Positions 11,017 through 20,520 of a stretch of DNA of 64,000 nt are shown here, piece after piece. The position numbers and the translations under genes were made by a program. This DNA is from an uncultured Acidimicrobiaceae bacterium. Its GTDB lineage: Bacteria; Actinomycetota; Acidimicrobiia; Acidimicrobiales; RAAP-2. How positions within the stretch are numbered: position 1 is the stretch's first letter; each line of letters starts with the position of its first letter. The DNA is taken from the NCBI GenBank assembly GCA_963777665.1, contig CAVZRJ010000004.1, forward strand, positions 71,996 through 135,995, written 5' to 3'. The notes below the pieces were generated by a model. It saw nothing but the letters and a program-made list of their open reading frames with translations. It did not search any database and was not told where the DNA came from.

Positions 11017-11437
11017 TCACGTCCCCGCTCCGGTGGTGCCCGGCGGAGGAGCAGCGGCCTCCGCCATACGGCGCTGGGCGATGACCTTTTCGGCCACGGC
11101 GTTGACCTCGGTCGAGAGCGGCCATCCGATGTAGTGGGTCAGGTGCAGCACGAGCTCGCGCACCTGCTCCTCGGTGAGCTCGCCGCTCGAGCGCCGAGCG
11201 GAACTGGATCTCGACGAGCGACGCCTGGCCCAAAGCGGCCAGCACGCCGATGGTGGTCAGGCGGCGGTCCCGGACCCCGAGTGCATCCCTGCTCCAGACC
11301 GTCCCGAAGAGGTGGTCGACGGTGAATGCGACGTAGGGACCCTCGAGCTGGTCCGGGTCGACGGAAAAGCCGTAGACCTCCTCCATCTTGGCAATGCCCC
11401 TGGAACGGGGCGTCCCGCCCGCGCTCGGCTCGCTCAT
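11017..11437 (-). CDS. carboxymuconolactone decarboxylase (CMD/AhpD-like) family protein, reading frame interrupted near 11183-11190
   Basis: The N-terminal part is the start of track ORF 10934..11437 (...DRRLTTIGVLAALGQASLVEIQFRSALE). The conserved continuation GELTEEQVRELVLHLTHYIGWPLSTEVNAVAEKVIAQ lies in another frame and ends at TGA 11017-11019. Confidence 0.65.
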
Positions 11438-11905
11438 GGTTGCCTGCTCCCCCGGTCGGGTCCATCACGCGGGTTCGGCGCTCGACTTGATCTCGAGGTA
11501 CTCCTCGAACCCGGCAATGCCCGACTCGCGGCCCACACCCGAGGGCCGTCGTCGGCGCCGTGGCCTGCACGCAGGCTGCGGAGATCGTGCTCACGATGAG
11601 GAAGGCGGTTTCCGGCCGGTCGCCGCGCGAGGCCACCCCGACGGTCGGCAGCGGACCCCCTCGGCACCATCGGTCGATCGCTCCTTGGACACGGTCAGCG
11701 TCACTCCCCGGTCGTGCGTCGCCAGCCGGTCGGCCGGCGCCGTCATCGGACGTCTTGTGTGGACATGTTGCCTGACCCGCTCGCCTCGGGCTGCCGAGGC
11801 CGGGCGCGGGCGGCGTGCCCGGAACGCCAGGGGGATTGGACAGGTGTCTGGACTATAGTATGCGTCGATGACCGACACCAGGCCGACAGCGGCCCGGGCC
11901 GAGCG

Positions 11906-12559
11906 GTGAGCACCTCCCCCCTCCCGAGCGGGGACGGTGCGCCGTTGGGCCTCCACGTGGAGGCGACCAGGCGCCGTCTGAGCGTGCGTCAGGCCGAAGT
12001 GGTCTCCAACCTCGTCCAGGCCGCGGAGGACGAGGTCGAGGAGGTCGGGTACTCCGGGCTCACGGTGCGCAACGTGGCCCGGCGGGCCGGCGTGGCCCCG
12101 GCTACCGCGTACACGTACTTCAGCTCGAAGGACCATCTGCTCGCCGAGGTGCTCTGGCGACGCATGGAGGCACTGCCCCCGGTCGCCGGCGATGACGGGC
12201 TCCCGATGGCGGAGCGCATCGAGGAGGCCGTGCGGGCGATGATCCTCTTCGCCGCCCAGAGCCCCGCACTGGTCGACGCCTGCACGGTTGCACTGCTCAG
12301 TCCCAACCCGGACGTCCGGCACCTGCGCGACCGGATTGGGAGCACCATCCACCACCGACTGGCGGCCGCGGCGGGCCCGGGCACCGACCCGCGGGTGATC
12401 CGGGTCCTCGAGACCTGCTACTCGGGGGCCCTCCTCACGGCCGGCATCGGCCACATGTCGTTCCTCGACATCCCCTCGTTCGTGGCCGGTGCGGCCACAC
12501 TCATGATCGGCGTCCCGGACCAGGGGACGGCTGGCGCCGAAAGTGGCGAGGGCCGGTGA
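11906..12559 (+). CDS. TetR/AcrR family transcriptional regulator
   Basis: HTH region GYSGLTVRNVARRAGVAPATAYTYFSSKDHLL. GTG start at 11906, in frame with track ORF 11714..12559. Confidence 0.85.
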   Translation: MSTSPLPSGDGAPLGLHVEATRRRLSVRQAEVVSNLVQAAEDEVEEVGYSGLTVRNVARRAGVAPATAYTYFSSKDHLLAEVLWRRMEALPPVAGDDGLPMAERIEEAVRAMILFAAQSPALVDACTVALLSPNPDVRHLRDRIGSTIHHRLAAAAGPGTDPRVIRVLETCYSGALLTAGIGHMSFLDIPSFVAGAATLMIGVPDQGTAGAESGEGR

Positions 12560-12610
12560 CCACCTCCGATCTCCGCCTGCCCCTCGACTACAACCCGTAC
12601 GTCGTACGAC

Positions 12611-13763
12611 ATGCACGAGAACCCCTATCCCACCTACGCGCGGCTACGCGCGGAGGCGCCCGTCTACCGCAACGACGAGTTCGACTTCTGGGCGTTGTCG
12701 CGGCACGACGACGTACTGGCAGCGTTCCGCAACGTCGATCTCTACTCGAACGCCTACGGCGTGTCCCTCGACCCGAGTGCTTTCAGTCCCGACGCCCACC
12801 GGACCATGTCCTTCCTCGCGCTCGACCCGCCGAGACACACCAGGATGCGCTCGCTGGTCGGCAAGGGGTTCACCCCGACCAAGGTGGGTGCGATGGAGGA
12901 CCGGGTCCGCCAGATCACCCGCGAGCACCTCGAGCCGGCACTCGAGCGCGGCACGTTCGACTTCATCGCCGACTTCGCCGGCAAGGTGCCGATGGACGTG
13001 ATCTCCGAGCTGGTCGGCGTTCCCCGCACGGACCGTCCTGAGCTGCGCCGCCTCGCCGATCTGGTCCTCCATCGCGAGGACGGCGTGTTCGACGTGCCGC
13101 CCACCGGGATGGAGGCGGCACTGACCCTGGTGGGCTACTACCAGGAGATGGTCGACGAACGCCGGAGGGTCGCCACAGGACGATCTGACCTCGGCACTGC
13201 TGGTGGCCGAGGTCGACGGCGACCGTCTCACCGACGAGGAGATCGTGTCCTTCCTGTTCCTCATGGTGGTGGCTGGCAACGAGACCACGACCAAGTTGCT
13301 CGGGAACGCGTGGTATTGGGGGTGGCGCAACCCGGACGAGCGGGCCAAGCCGTTCAGGGATCCGGCGCGGGTGCCCGACTGGGTCGAAGAGACCCTTCGC
13401 TACGACACCTCGAGCCAGATGCTGCTGCGGGTGACCCGCGCACCGGTCGACCTTCACGGTACGAACATCCCCGAGGGGGACCGGGTGCTGTTGCTGGTGG
13501 GCTCGGCCAACCGCGACGACGCAGTCTTCCCCGAAGCCGACCGCTACGACCTCGACCGCGACACCAGCCGCCTGGTCAGCTTCGGCAGCGGCAGGCACTT
13601 CTGCATGGGCGCGTCCCTTGCCCGCATGGAGGCCCGGATCGGACTCTCCGAGCTCGTCGCCCGGGTCGCGGGCTACGAGGTGGACCCCGCGGGCATCGAG
13701 CGGGTCCACTCGATCAACGTCCGGGGCCTCGCCGCCCTCCCCACCTCGGTGGTCCTCCGCTGA
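12611..13763 (+). CDS. cytochrome P450, frame interrupted near 13165-13175 (possible further N-terminal extension from GTG 12556)
   Basis: The N-terminal half is in ORF 12611.. (NPYPTYARLR, ALDPPRHTRMR). The I-helix (FLFLMVVAGNETT), EXXR (ETLRYD) and heme loop (FGSGRHFCMGASLAR) are in ORF 13203..13763. The junction reads ERRR|SPQDDLTSALLVAEVDG. Confidence 0.85.
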
Positions 13764-13861
13764 TGGCCGGATTCGCCCGGCACCCGGAACGCCGGCCCAC
13801 GGTCGAGGCCGCCGTCCGATTCTGCCCGACCCACGCCCTGTCCATCGTCGAGGAGGAGTAG
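13763..13861 (+). pseudogene. 32-codon remnant resembling the C-terminus of a P450-partner ferredoxin
   Basis: MAGFARHPERRPTVEAAVRFCPTHALSIVEEE. The ...AV..CP..A(L/I)...EE end is the usual C-terminus of 3Fe-4S/4Fe-4S ferredoxins, but the N-terminal cluster cysteines are absent. The ATG overlaps the P450 stop (TGATG). Confidence 0.35.
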
Positions 13862-13864
13862 CCC

Positions 13865-14428
13865 GTGCCGTCGTTCCCCCGCAGTGAGCTCGAAGAGATG
13901 ATGCAGCGCTGGCTGGACCTCAACCAGCGCTGCGAGGCGGAGCTGGACTGGCGACCACTCGCCGAGATGTTCACAGAGGACGCGACCTACGGGTGGAACG
14001 TGGGCCCCAACGACGAGTTCATGGCCGTCGGGCGCGACCAGATCCGCGACTACGCGGTCGGTCTCGAGATGGAGGGGCTCGGCGGCTGGACCTACCCCTA
14101 CATGCGCATCCTCATCGACGACGTCCAGGGGGAGATCCTCGGCCTGTGGCGACAGGTGGCCGACGCAACCCGCGCCGACGGGAGCCACTACGAGATCGCA
14201 GGGCTCGGGGGCAGCTGGTTCCGGTACGCGGGCGGATTCCGCTGGAGCTGGCAGCGGGACTTCTTCGACGTGGGGAACGCGACGGCCACCTACTTCGAGA
14301 TGATCTCCGCTGGCGCCCTCAGCCCGGGCATGCAACAGCGCATCGAACGGGCGGCAACGGGTGGCCGGCAGCCCGGTCACTTCCCGGTCGGGAAGGCCCC
14401 GGTCGGGCTCTGGGAGGGCGTGCACTGA
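13865..14428 (+). CDS. NTF2-like / SnoaL-like superfamily protein
   Basis: 187 aa. N-terminus SELEEMMQRWLDLNQRCE...LAEMFTEDATY is typical of SnoaL/NTF2-fold proteins. GTG start 3 nt after the preceding stop. Confidence 0.6.
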   Translation: MPSFPRSELEEMMQRWLDLNQRCEAELDWRPLAEMFTEDATYGWNVGPNDEFMAVGRDQIRDYAVGLEMEGLGGWTYPYMRILIDDVQGEILGLWRQVADATRADGSHYEIAGLGGSWFRYAGGFRWSWQRDFFDVGNATATYFEMISAGALSPGMQQRIERAATGGRQPGHFPVGKAPVGLWEGVH

Positions 14429-14437
14429 GCCCCGACG

Positions 14438-14471
14438 CACTACGCGGCGCCCCGGAGGGCGCCGCGTAGTG
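14438..14471 (+). terminator. 14-bp perfect stem-loop immediately after the NTF2-like gene
   Basis: CACTACGCGGCGCC-CCGGAG-GGCGCCGCGTAGTG begins 10 nt after the stop at 14428. It is followed by a weak T-containing tract (ACGGATTTG). Confidence 0.55.
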
Positions 14472-14760
14472 ACGGATTTGCTGTAGTGACGCCGGGCTCC
14501 CGCGAGGCGCCGGATGGGACCAACGGTCCGGCTAGGTGGCCCGGTGGGTGTCTGGCTGGGATTCGCCAGGTGGTACAGCGAGCCGCCTCAGCGGCCAGCC
14601 ACCTCCAGGGTCCCAAATCGTTTATCGCTCAGTTGGACCACCTCCTCTCTCTGGTGCGCCCATGGTAGCGCCGGGCGCGCTCCATGCGGCTCATTCGGAA
14701 CCCCGGGCGACAGCCCGGCGGGCGTGCCACGGACGCGGCCGTCAGGGCGACCGGACCGGG

Positions 14761-15786
14761 TCAGGGGCGGAGCAGCACCTTGATGCATTCGGCGCTCCTG
14801 GCGGCCACCGCGGCATAGGCGCCCGCGGCCTCCGACAGGGGGAAGGCGTGGGTGAAGATGCCGTCGGTTCGGAGGCGCCCGTCGGTGACGAGCGGCACGA
14901 GCTCCCTCCAGGTCCGGTGGACCGGCGCGGTGGTCAGGCGCAGGGTTACGCTGTGCAGGAGGGCCGAGAGGACCGGCATCGGATAGGGGGTCAGATCGTG
15001 GACCCCGATGACCGAGACGGTGCCCCCAGGTCGCACCGCTGACAACGCGTCGTCGAGGGTGGCGTCGTGGGCGACCGCGTCGATGACTGCGTCGGCACCC
15101 AGGCCGTCGGTCGCCTCGAGCACCGCTTCGACGGTCGGGCCCTCCAGTGGCTCGGCGCCCGACGCTGCGGCCCGGTCCCTCCGACCGGCCACCGGGTCGG
15201 CGGCCAGCACCCGCCCCGCGCCGAGGGCGAGCATCGAACGGACAGCGCAGAGGCCGACCGCCCCGAGTCCGAGCACCGCCACCGTGCCGCCCGGCGGGAC
15301 GTCGGCCCGCTGTGCGCCGGCCCATCCGGTGCACAGGTTGTCGGTCAGGAGGAGGGCCGCCTCGTCGTCCATCCCGTCGGGGATGCCCAGGAGCTGGAAG
15401 TCGGCGGCCGGCACCGCGACCGCGGTGGCCTGGCCAGCACCGAGCTCCCCGGACCCGAAGATCTTCGGCCCCTCGGCACAGAGGACGGGGTCCCCGGCGC
15501 TGCATCCCGCGCACTTCCCGCATCCGGTGACCGAGGCGGTCAGCACCCGGTCGCCGACCCGGAACCGCCTGACCTCGGAGCCCACCTCGACCACCGTGCC
15601 GAGGAACTCGTGGCCGACCGGGAGCCCCCCGCCGGCGGGGAGGTCTCCGTCGTAGAAGTGCATGTCCGAACCGCAGATGGCGGTCGCGTCGACGGACACC
15701 ACGGCTCCCCCGTGTCCGGGCGGTACCGGATCGGGAGCCTCGGCCACGACGACCCGTCCCGCCCCCTCGATCACCACGTGGCGCAC
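14761..15786 (-). CDS. zinc-dependent alcohol dehydrogenase family (MDR) protein
   Basis: Catalytic and structural Zn motifs are present (ICGSDMHFY, GHEFLGTVVEVG, CGKCAGCSAGDPVLC), plus a Rossmann motif VLGLGAVGL. GTG start at 15786, in frame with track ORF 14761..16140. Confidence 0.85.
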   Translation of the reverse strand: MRHVVIEGAGRVVVAEAPDPVPPGHGGAVVSVDATAICGSDMHFYDGDLPAGGGLPVGHEFLGTVVEVGSEVRRFRVGDRVLTASVTGCGKCAGCSAGDPVLCAEGPKIFGSGELGAGQATAVAVPAADFQLLGIPDGMDDEAALLLTDNLCTGWAGAQRADVPPGGTVAVLGLGAVGLCAVRSMLALGAGRVLAADPVAGRRDRAAASGAEPLEGPTVEAVLEATDGLGADAVIDAVAHDATLDDALSAVRPGGTVSVIGVHDLTPYPMPVLSALLHSVTLRLTTAPVHRTWRELVPLVTDGRLRTDGIFTHAFPLSEAAGAYAAVAARSAECIKVLLRP

Positions 15787-15910
15787 GGCTCTCCCCGGTC
15801 GTCCGACGTCAACGCTCCGTACTCTCGCACACCGGCTGCCGGAGCGACTCCCGTACACCGACCGCCGTGGGCCCACGCCACGGCCCGGCCCTGCGGCGTA
15901 GTGTCCGGCC

Positions 15911-17839
15911 GTGCGCAATCCCCATGCCGGCGAGCCGTTCGACACCTCCGACGCCGAGATCGCCGAAGCCCTCCTCGACGTCTCGATCCCGACGCTGCTG
16001 CTCTCGCTCGTGCACATGTCCGGCGACCCGGGAATCATCCGTGGCCGGCTGCGACCGGCCGGCCTCTTCCTCAACGAGGTGCAGGGGTACATGAGCGAGG
16101 AGGACAAGGCCGACGCCCGTGCCCTCGCCCTCGAGGTCATCGGTGACTACCGGGCCCGCGGCTGTCCCGAGCCCGTCCCGCTCCCCGCCGAGCTGCTCCA
16201 CGAGATGATGACCTGGTTGGTCTGCGAGGACGTTCCCGAGGAGTACGTCCCGCTGCTGATGGAGGAGATGGAGCTCGACGGCCGGGACGCGCGCCGGGTG
16301 GAGATGGCCGGCAGTGACTCCGACCGAGCGGCGTTCCCGGTGGTGGTGGTCGGCTGCGGCCAGTCGGGCCTGCTGGCCGGCATCCGCCTGCTCGAGGCCG
16401 GCATCCCCTTCACGATCCTCGAGAAGAACGCTGGCGTGGGCGGCACCTGGTGGGAGAACTCCTACCCGGGTGCACGGGTCGACGTGGGCAACCACTTCTA
16501 CTGCTACAGCTTCGAGCCGAGCGACCACTGGACCGAGTACTTCGCCCGCCAGCCCGAGCTCCAGCGCTATTTCGCCTCGGTCATGGACAAGTACGGCATC
16601 GGGAGCCATGTCCGGTGGGAGACGGAAGCCCTCGGCGCCATATGGGACGACGAGACAGCCACCTGGTCGGTGCGGGTACGCGCCGCCGACGGCACGGAGG
16701 GCGTACTCGACGCCCGCGCGATCATCTCGGCCGTCGGCCAACTCAACCGTCCCCATCTCCCCGACATCCGCGGCCAGGAGACCTTTGCCGGGCCCGCGTT
16801 CCATTCGGCCCGCTGGGACCACGGTGTCGCACTCGAGGGTCGGCGGGTGGCCATGATCGGGGCTGGGGCGAGCGGATTCCAGATCGCCCCGACCATCGCG
16901 CCGGCGGTCGGGCACCTGACCGTCTTCCAGCGGACCGCCCAGTGGATGTTCCCGAACCCCAACTACCACGCGACGGTGGGCCCGGGGGTGCGCTGGGCGC
17001 TCCGCCACCTACCCTTCTACGGCCGGTGGTACCGGTTCCTCATCTTCTGGCCCGGCTGCGACAAGGGCCTCGAGGCCGCCCGGGTCGACGCCGACTACCC
17101 CGACCAGCAGCGGGCGGTGAGCGAGACCAACGAGCTCACCCGGCAGATGTTCACCGACTGGATCGCCGGCCAGATCGGCGACGACCCAGACCTGCTGGCA
17201 AAGGTCGTCCCCGACTACCCGGCCACCGGAAAACGCACGCTGCAGGACAACGGTGCGTGGCTGTCCGCACTCACCCGCGACAACGTGGACCTGGTCCGTA
17301 CCGCGATCGACCGCATCGAGCCGGACGCGGTGGTCACCGTCGACGGCGCACGGTACCCGGCCGACGTGATCGTCTACGCGACCGGGTTCGAAGCGACGCG
17401 GATGCTGGCGCCGATGGAGATCACCGGACGGGACGGGGTCGACCTGCGCACGATGTGGGGGGAACGGCCGGCGGCCTACCTCGGGATCACCGTTCCCGGA
17501 TTCCCCAACTTCTTCTGCATGTACGGCCCGGGCACCAACCTGGCCCACGGCGGCAGTCTCATCTTCCACTCCGAGTGCCAGATGCGCTACATCACCCGGT
17601 GCCTCGAGGCGCTCGTGGTCGGGGACCACCGGTCGATGGAGCCCCGACGGGAGCGCTACGACGACTGGCACGAGCGGAGCCAGCGCGAGATCAAGAAGCT
17701 GGTGTGGTCCCAGCCCTCGGTCAAGCACTCCTTCTTCAAGAACTCGCACGGGGAGATCCACGTGCTGAGCCCCTGGCGCCTGGTCGACTACTGGGCGTGG
17801 ACGAAGGAGCCGGACCTCTCGGACTTCGTCATCCGCTGA
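15911..17839 (+). CDS. flavin-dependent (Baeyer-Villiger/FMO-type) monooxygenase
   Basis: FAD motif VVVVGCGQSGLLAG, GGTWWENSYPGARVD, and a second dinucleotide motif VAMIGAGASG. 642 aa. Confidence 0.85.
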   Translation: MRNPHAGEPFDTSDAEIAEALLDVSIPTLLLSLVHMSGDPGIIRGRLRPAGLFLNEVQGYMSEEDKADARALALEVIGDYRARGCPEPVPLPAELLHEMMTWLVCEDVPEEYVPLLMEEMELDGRDARRVEMAGSDSDRAAFPVVVVGCGQSGLLAGIRLLEAGIPFTILEKNAGVGGTWWENSYPGARVDVGNHFYCYSFEPSDHWTEYFARQPELQRYFASVMDKYGIGSHVRWETEALGAIWDDETATWSVRVRAADGTEGVLDARAIISAVGQLNRPHLPDIRGQETFAGPAFHSARWDHGVALEGRRVAMIGAGASGFQIAPTIAPAVGHLTVFQRTAQWMFPNPNYHATVGPGVRWALRHLPFYGRWYRFLIFWPGCDKGLEAARVDADYPDQQRAVSETNELTRQMFTDWIAGQIGDDPDLLAKVVPDYPATGKRTLQDNGAWLSALTRDNVDLVRTAIDRIEPDAVVTVDGARYPADVIVYATGFEATRMLAPMEITGRDGVDLRTMWGERPAAYLGITVPGFPNFFCMYGPGTNLAHGGSLIFHSECQMRYITRCLEALVVGDHRSMEPRRERYDDWHERSQREIKKLVWSQPSVKHSFFKNSHGEIHVLSPWRLVDYWAWTKEPDLSDFVIR

Positions 17840-17883
17840 GCACCAGCGCCGGGGGCGTGGGGAGCGGGAACCGGCATGGGAAC

Positions 17884-18279
17884 TCAGACCCCCACCACCT
17901 CGACGAGATCGCCGAGCCCGACGAAGTCGTCAGGGTTGCGGGTGTAGAGCACGAGACCGTTGGCGTGGGCCGTCGCGGCGATGAGCAGGTCGGCAACGCG
18001 GCGCCGGTGCGACCGGCCGGCGCCGGCGAGGGCGGCCAGGGCCTGACCGTAGCTCCGTGCCGTCGAGGCGTCGAAGGAGAGCGGCTCGAAGGTCGCCTCG
18101 ACCTGTTGCAGACGAGCCTGGCGACGCGCCCTCTCGACCGGCGTCGAGGCGAGATGCGGGCCGGCGGCCAGTTCGGCGAGGGTGATCGCGCTCAGCGCGG
18201 CTTCGTCCGGCAGAGCGGCTGCCACGGCCGGATCGTCCCAGTCGATGACCACGGAGGTGTCGAGGAGCCCTGCCGACAT
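17884..18279 (-). CDS. vapC: type II toxin VapC (PIN domain)
   Basis: LLDTSVVID...ITLAELAAG...DLLIAATAHANGLVLYTRNPDDF gives the PIN acidic residues. The start abuts the antitoxin stop (TAGATG). Confidence 0.85.
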   Translation of the reverse strand: MSAGLLDTSVVIDWDDPAVAAALPDEAALSAITLAELAAGPHLASTPVERARRQARLQQVEATFEPLSFDASTARSYGQALAALAGAGRSHRRRVADLLIAATAHANGLVLYTRNPDDFVGLGDLVEVVGV

Positions 18280-18528
18280 CTACAGCCGTGGATCGATGAG
18301 CGCATCGAGATCGGCCCGGAACGACGCGCCGTCGACAGGCGGCCCACCGGCGGCGAGCGCCACGATCTCAGCCCTCGGGACGAAGGTCCGGCGCGCGACC
18401 CGCACCGGGACGAGCTCGGCCACCGGGACGCCGTTTCGGGTCACGACGAAACTCTCGCCGCCGGCGACCGCATCGATCACCTTGGCGTTGTCGTTGCGGA
18501 GCTCACGCTGAGGGATGGTCCTCTTCAT
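18280..18528 (-). CDS. type II antitoxin (Phd/YefM or VapB-like)
   Basis: 82 aa. MKRTIPQRELRNDNAKVIDAVAGGESFVVTRNGVPVAELVP is the typical Phd/YefM-type N-terminus. It lies directly upstream of vapC. Confidence 0.8.
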   Translation of the reverse strand: MKRTIPQRELRNDNAKVIDAVAGGESFVVTRNGVPVAELVPVRVARRTFVPRAEIVALAAGGPPVDGASFRADLDALIDPRL

Positions 18529-18640
18529 TGGTATGGGTGATTGTAGCCCATAGCGCTACAAAGGGCTACGGATCTCCGGGAGCACACTGACCTGAGCGGA
18601 CAGAACGGACTGGGCAGACCGTTCTGCCGCTCGCTACTAT

Positions 18641-18654
18641 CGAACATATGTTCG
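18641..18654. promoter_or_regulatory. LexA (SOS) box, perfect palindrome CGAACATATGTTCG
   Basis: It matches the Gram-positive/actinobacterial Cheo-box core CGAAC-N4-GTTCG. It lies immediately 5' of, and overlapping, the first ATG of the imuA'-imuB-dnaE2 cassette. Confidence 0.8.
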
Positions 18655-19427
18655 TAGCACCTCCCCGACGACGGGACGCGGATACCCGGGGAACGGGGAT
18701 GGCCGGCGTAGCGGGGACGACCCCGTCCCCCCGGGGGAGCCTGGAACGTGGGCTCGACACGACCGCCCTCGCCGCCCTGGCCCTGATGGGCGAGCGTGCC
18801 CGCCCGGTCGCCGCCGGCCGGACCCGCCTCCTCCCGGTGGCGGCACCGTTGGCCGGGCTGCTGCCGGACGGGGTCCTGCGCCGGGGGACGACCCTGATGG
18901 TGCACGGTCCCGCGGACGGTGGCGCCCTCAGCGTGGCGCTGGCCCTGGTGTCCGCGGCCTCGGCCGCCGGCTCGTGGTGCGCGCTGGTCGGGCATCCCGC
19001 TCTCGGTGCGGTCGCCGCCAACGACCTCGGCATCGACCTCGGACGGTTGGCCGTGCTCCCCCGGCCGGGGCCGGCATGGGGCGAGGCCACCGCCGCGCTG
19101 CTCGAGGGGGTCGACCTGGTGGTGCTGTGCCCCCCCTTCCCACCGCGGCCGGCCATGGCCCGCCGGCTGGTGGCACGGGCGCGGGTGCGCGGAGCCGTGC
19201 TGGTGGTGGTGGCGGGTCGTGCCGGCTGGCCCGAGCCACCCGACCTCCGGTTCCGGGTCGACGAGGTGGTGTGGGAGGGGGTCGGGGCCGGCGAGGGATA
19301 CCTCCGCCGGCGACGGATGACGGTGACCGCGGCCGGGCGCCGGTCCGCCAGCCGGCCGGCCAGCCGGCAGCTGTGGCTGCCCGCACCCGACGGGACGGTG
19401 GGCGGGGTCGGGGACCCGGGGATCTGA
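18648..19427 (+). CDS. imuA: ImuA'-like SOS mutagenesis protein (start uncertain)
   Basis: RecA-fold-remnant pattern: LLPDGVLRRGTTLMVHG...ALALVSAASAAGSWCALVG...LGIDLGRLAVLPRP. Its position upstream of imuB and dnaE2 fits. The ATG at 18648 lies inside the LexA box, so a later start (for example MAGVAG at 18699) is possible. Confidence 0.7.
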   Translation: MFVAPPRRRDADTRGTGMAGVAGTTPSPRGSLERGLDTTALAALALMGERARPVAAGRTRLLPVAAPLAGLLPDGVLRRGTTLMVHGPADGGALSVALALVSAASAAGSWCALVGHPALGAVAANDLGIDLGRLAVLPRPGPAWGEATAALLEGVDLVVLCPPFPPRPAMARRLVARARVRGAVLVVVAGRAGWPEPPDLRFRVDEVVWEGVGAGEGYLRRRRMTVTAAGRRSASRPASRQLWLPAPDGTVGGVGDPGI

Positions 19428-19428
19428 C

Positions 19429-20508
19429 ATGGACCGCCTGCTCGTCGTGCGCTGCCCCGAGCTCGTGGAGGAGGACGAGGGCGGGGCCGCCCTCCGCGCC
19501 TTCGCCGCGGTGGTCGCCAGGATCGAGACCCTCTGCCCCTGGGTGACCACCGTGCGACCCGGCATCTGTTCGCTGCCGGCACGCGGGCCCGCCCGCTACT
19601 TCGGTGGCGAGGCCGCCCTGGCCGACCTCGTCCGTGACACGGCCTCGGCCGTCACCCCGGCCGAGGTGGGGGTGGCCGACGGGCTGTTCGCCGCTGTGCT
19701 GGCCGCCCGCCGGAGCCTGGTCGTCCCGGTCGGGGGGACCCCGGAGTTCCTCGCTCCGCTGCCGGTCGGCATCCTCGGCCTGCCCGACCTCGCCGAGTTG
19801 CTCGGCCGCCTGGGCATCCACACGCTCGGGGAGTTCGCCGCGCTGCCCGAGGCCCACGTGCTCGGGCGGTTCGGGGCAGACGGCGCCCTCGGCCACCGGG
19901 TCGCCGGGGGCCGGACCGGCGAGGCGGCCGGCCTGCGCATGGCCCGCGGCGACCGGCGCCGGACCACCGGAGGGGACCCTGCGGTGCCGGTGGTGACCGA
20001 GCCCGGCTTCTGGGGCGGGGTGAGCGACACCGACGCCCGGGCGGCCAGGTGCCTGGACGCCGTCCAGGACCTCCTCGGCCCCGACGGCGTGGTCACCGCC
20101 CACCTCCAGGGCGGGCGCGGGCCGGTGGAGCGCGCCCGCTTCGTCACCTGGAACGCCCGGGCCGAGCAGAAGGGCCGGGACGGTGGCGCCCCATGGCCCG
20201 GGCGGCTCCCCCCGCCGGCCCCGGCTGTCGTCCACCCCGCACCCCTCCGCGCCGATCTGGCCGATGCCCGCGGGGGACCGGTGCGGGTCTCGGGACGCGG
20301 CCTGCTCACCTCCCCGCCCGACCGCCTCTCGGTGGAGGAGGGGCCCTGGGCCGCGCTCTCCGGGTGGGCTGGGCCCTGGCCGTCGGACGAGCGGTGGTGG
20401 TCGCTGTCCCGGCGACGGGGTGCCCGACTGCAAGCGGTCACCGCGCCAGGCGCGCACCTGCTCCTGCTCGAACGGGGTCGCTGGTGGGTCGAAGCCACCT
20501 ACGGCTAG
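19429..20508 (+). CDS. imuB: ImuB-like Y-family polymerase homologue
   Basis: MDRLLVVRCPEL...VTTVRPGICSLPARGPARYFGGEAALA...GILGLPDLAELLGRLGIHTLGEF. Located between imuA' and dnaE2. Confidence 0.75.
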   Translation: MDRLLVVRCPELVEEDEGGAALRAFAAVVARIETLCPWVTTVRPGICSLPARGPARYFGGEAALADLVRDTASAVTPAEVGVADGLFAAVLAARRSLVVPVGGTPEFLAPLPVGILGLPDLAELLGRLGIHTLGEFAALPEAHVLGRFGADGALGHRVAGGRTGEAAGLRMARGDRRRTTGGDPAVPVVTEPGFWGGVSDTDARAARCLDAVQDLLGPDGVVTAHLQGGRGPVERARFVTWNARAEQKGRDGGAPWPGRLPPPAPAVVHPAPLRADLADARGGPVRVSGRGLLTSPPDRLSVEEGPWAALSGWAGPWPSDERWWSLSRRRGARLQAVTAPGAHLLLLERGRWWVEATYG

Positions 20509-20520
20509 CGGGACGGGACG

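Noticed and set aside
11591-12616. 341-aa minus-strand ORF across the TetR gene.
   Set aside because: It is antisense to a TetR regulator with a clear HTH, and its translation is low-complexity.
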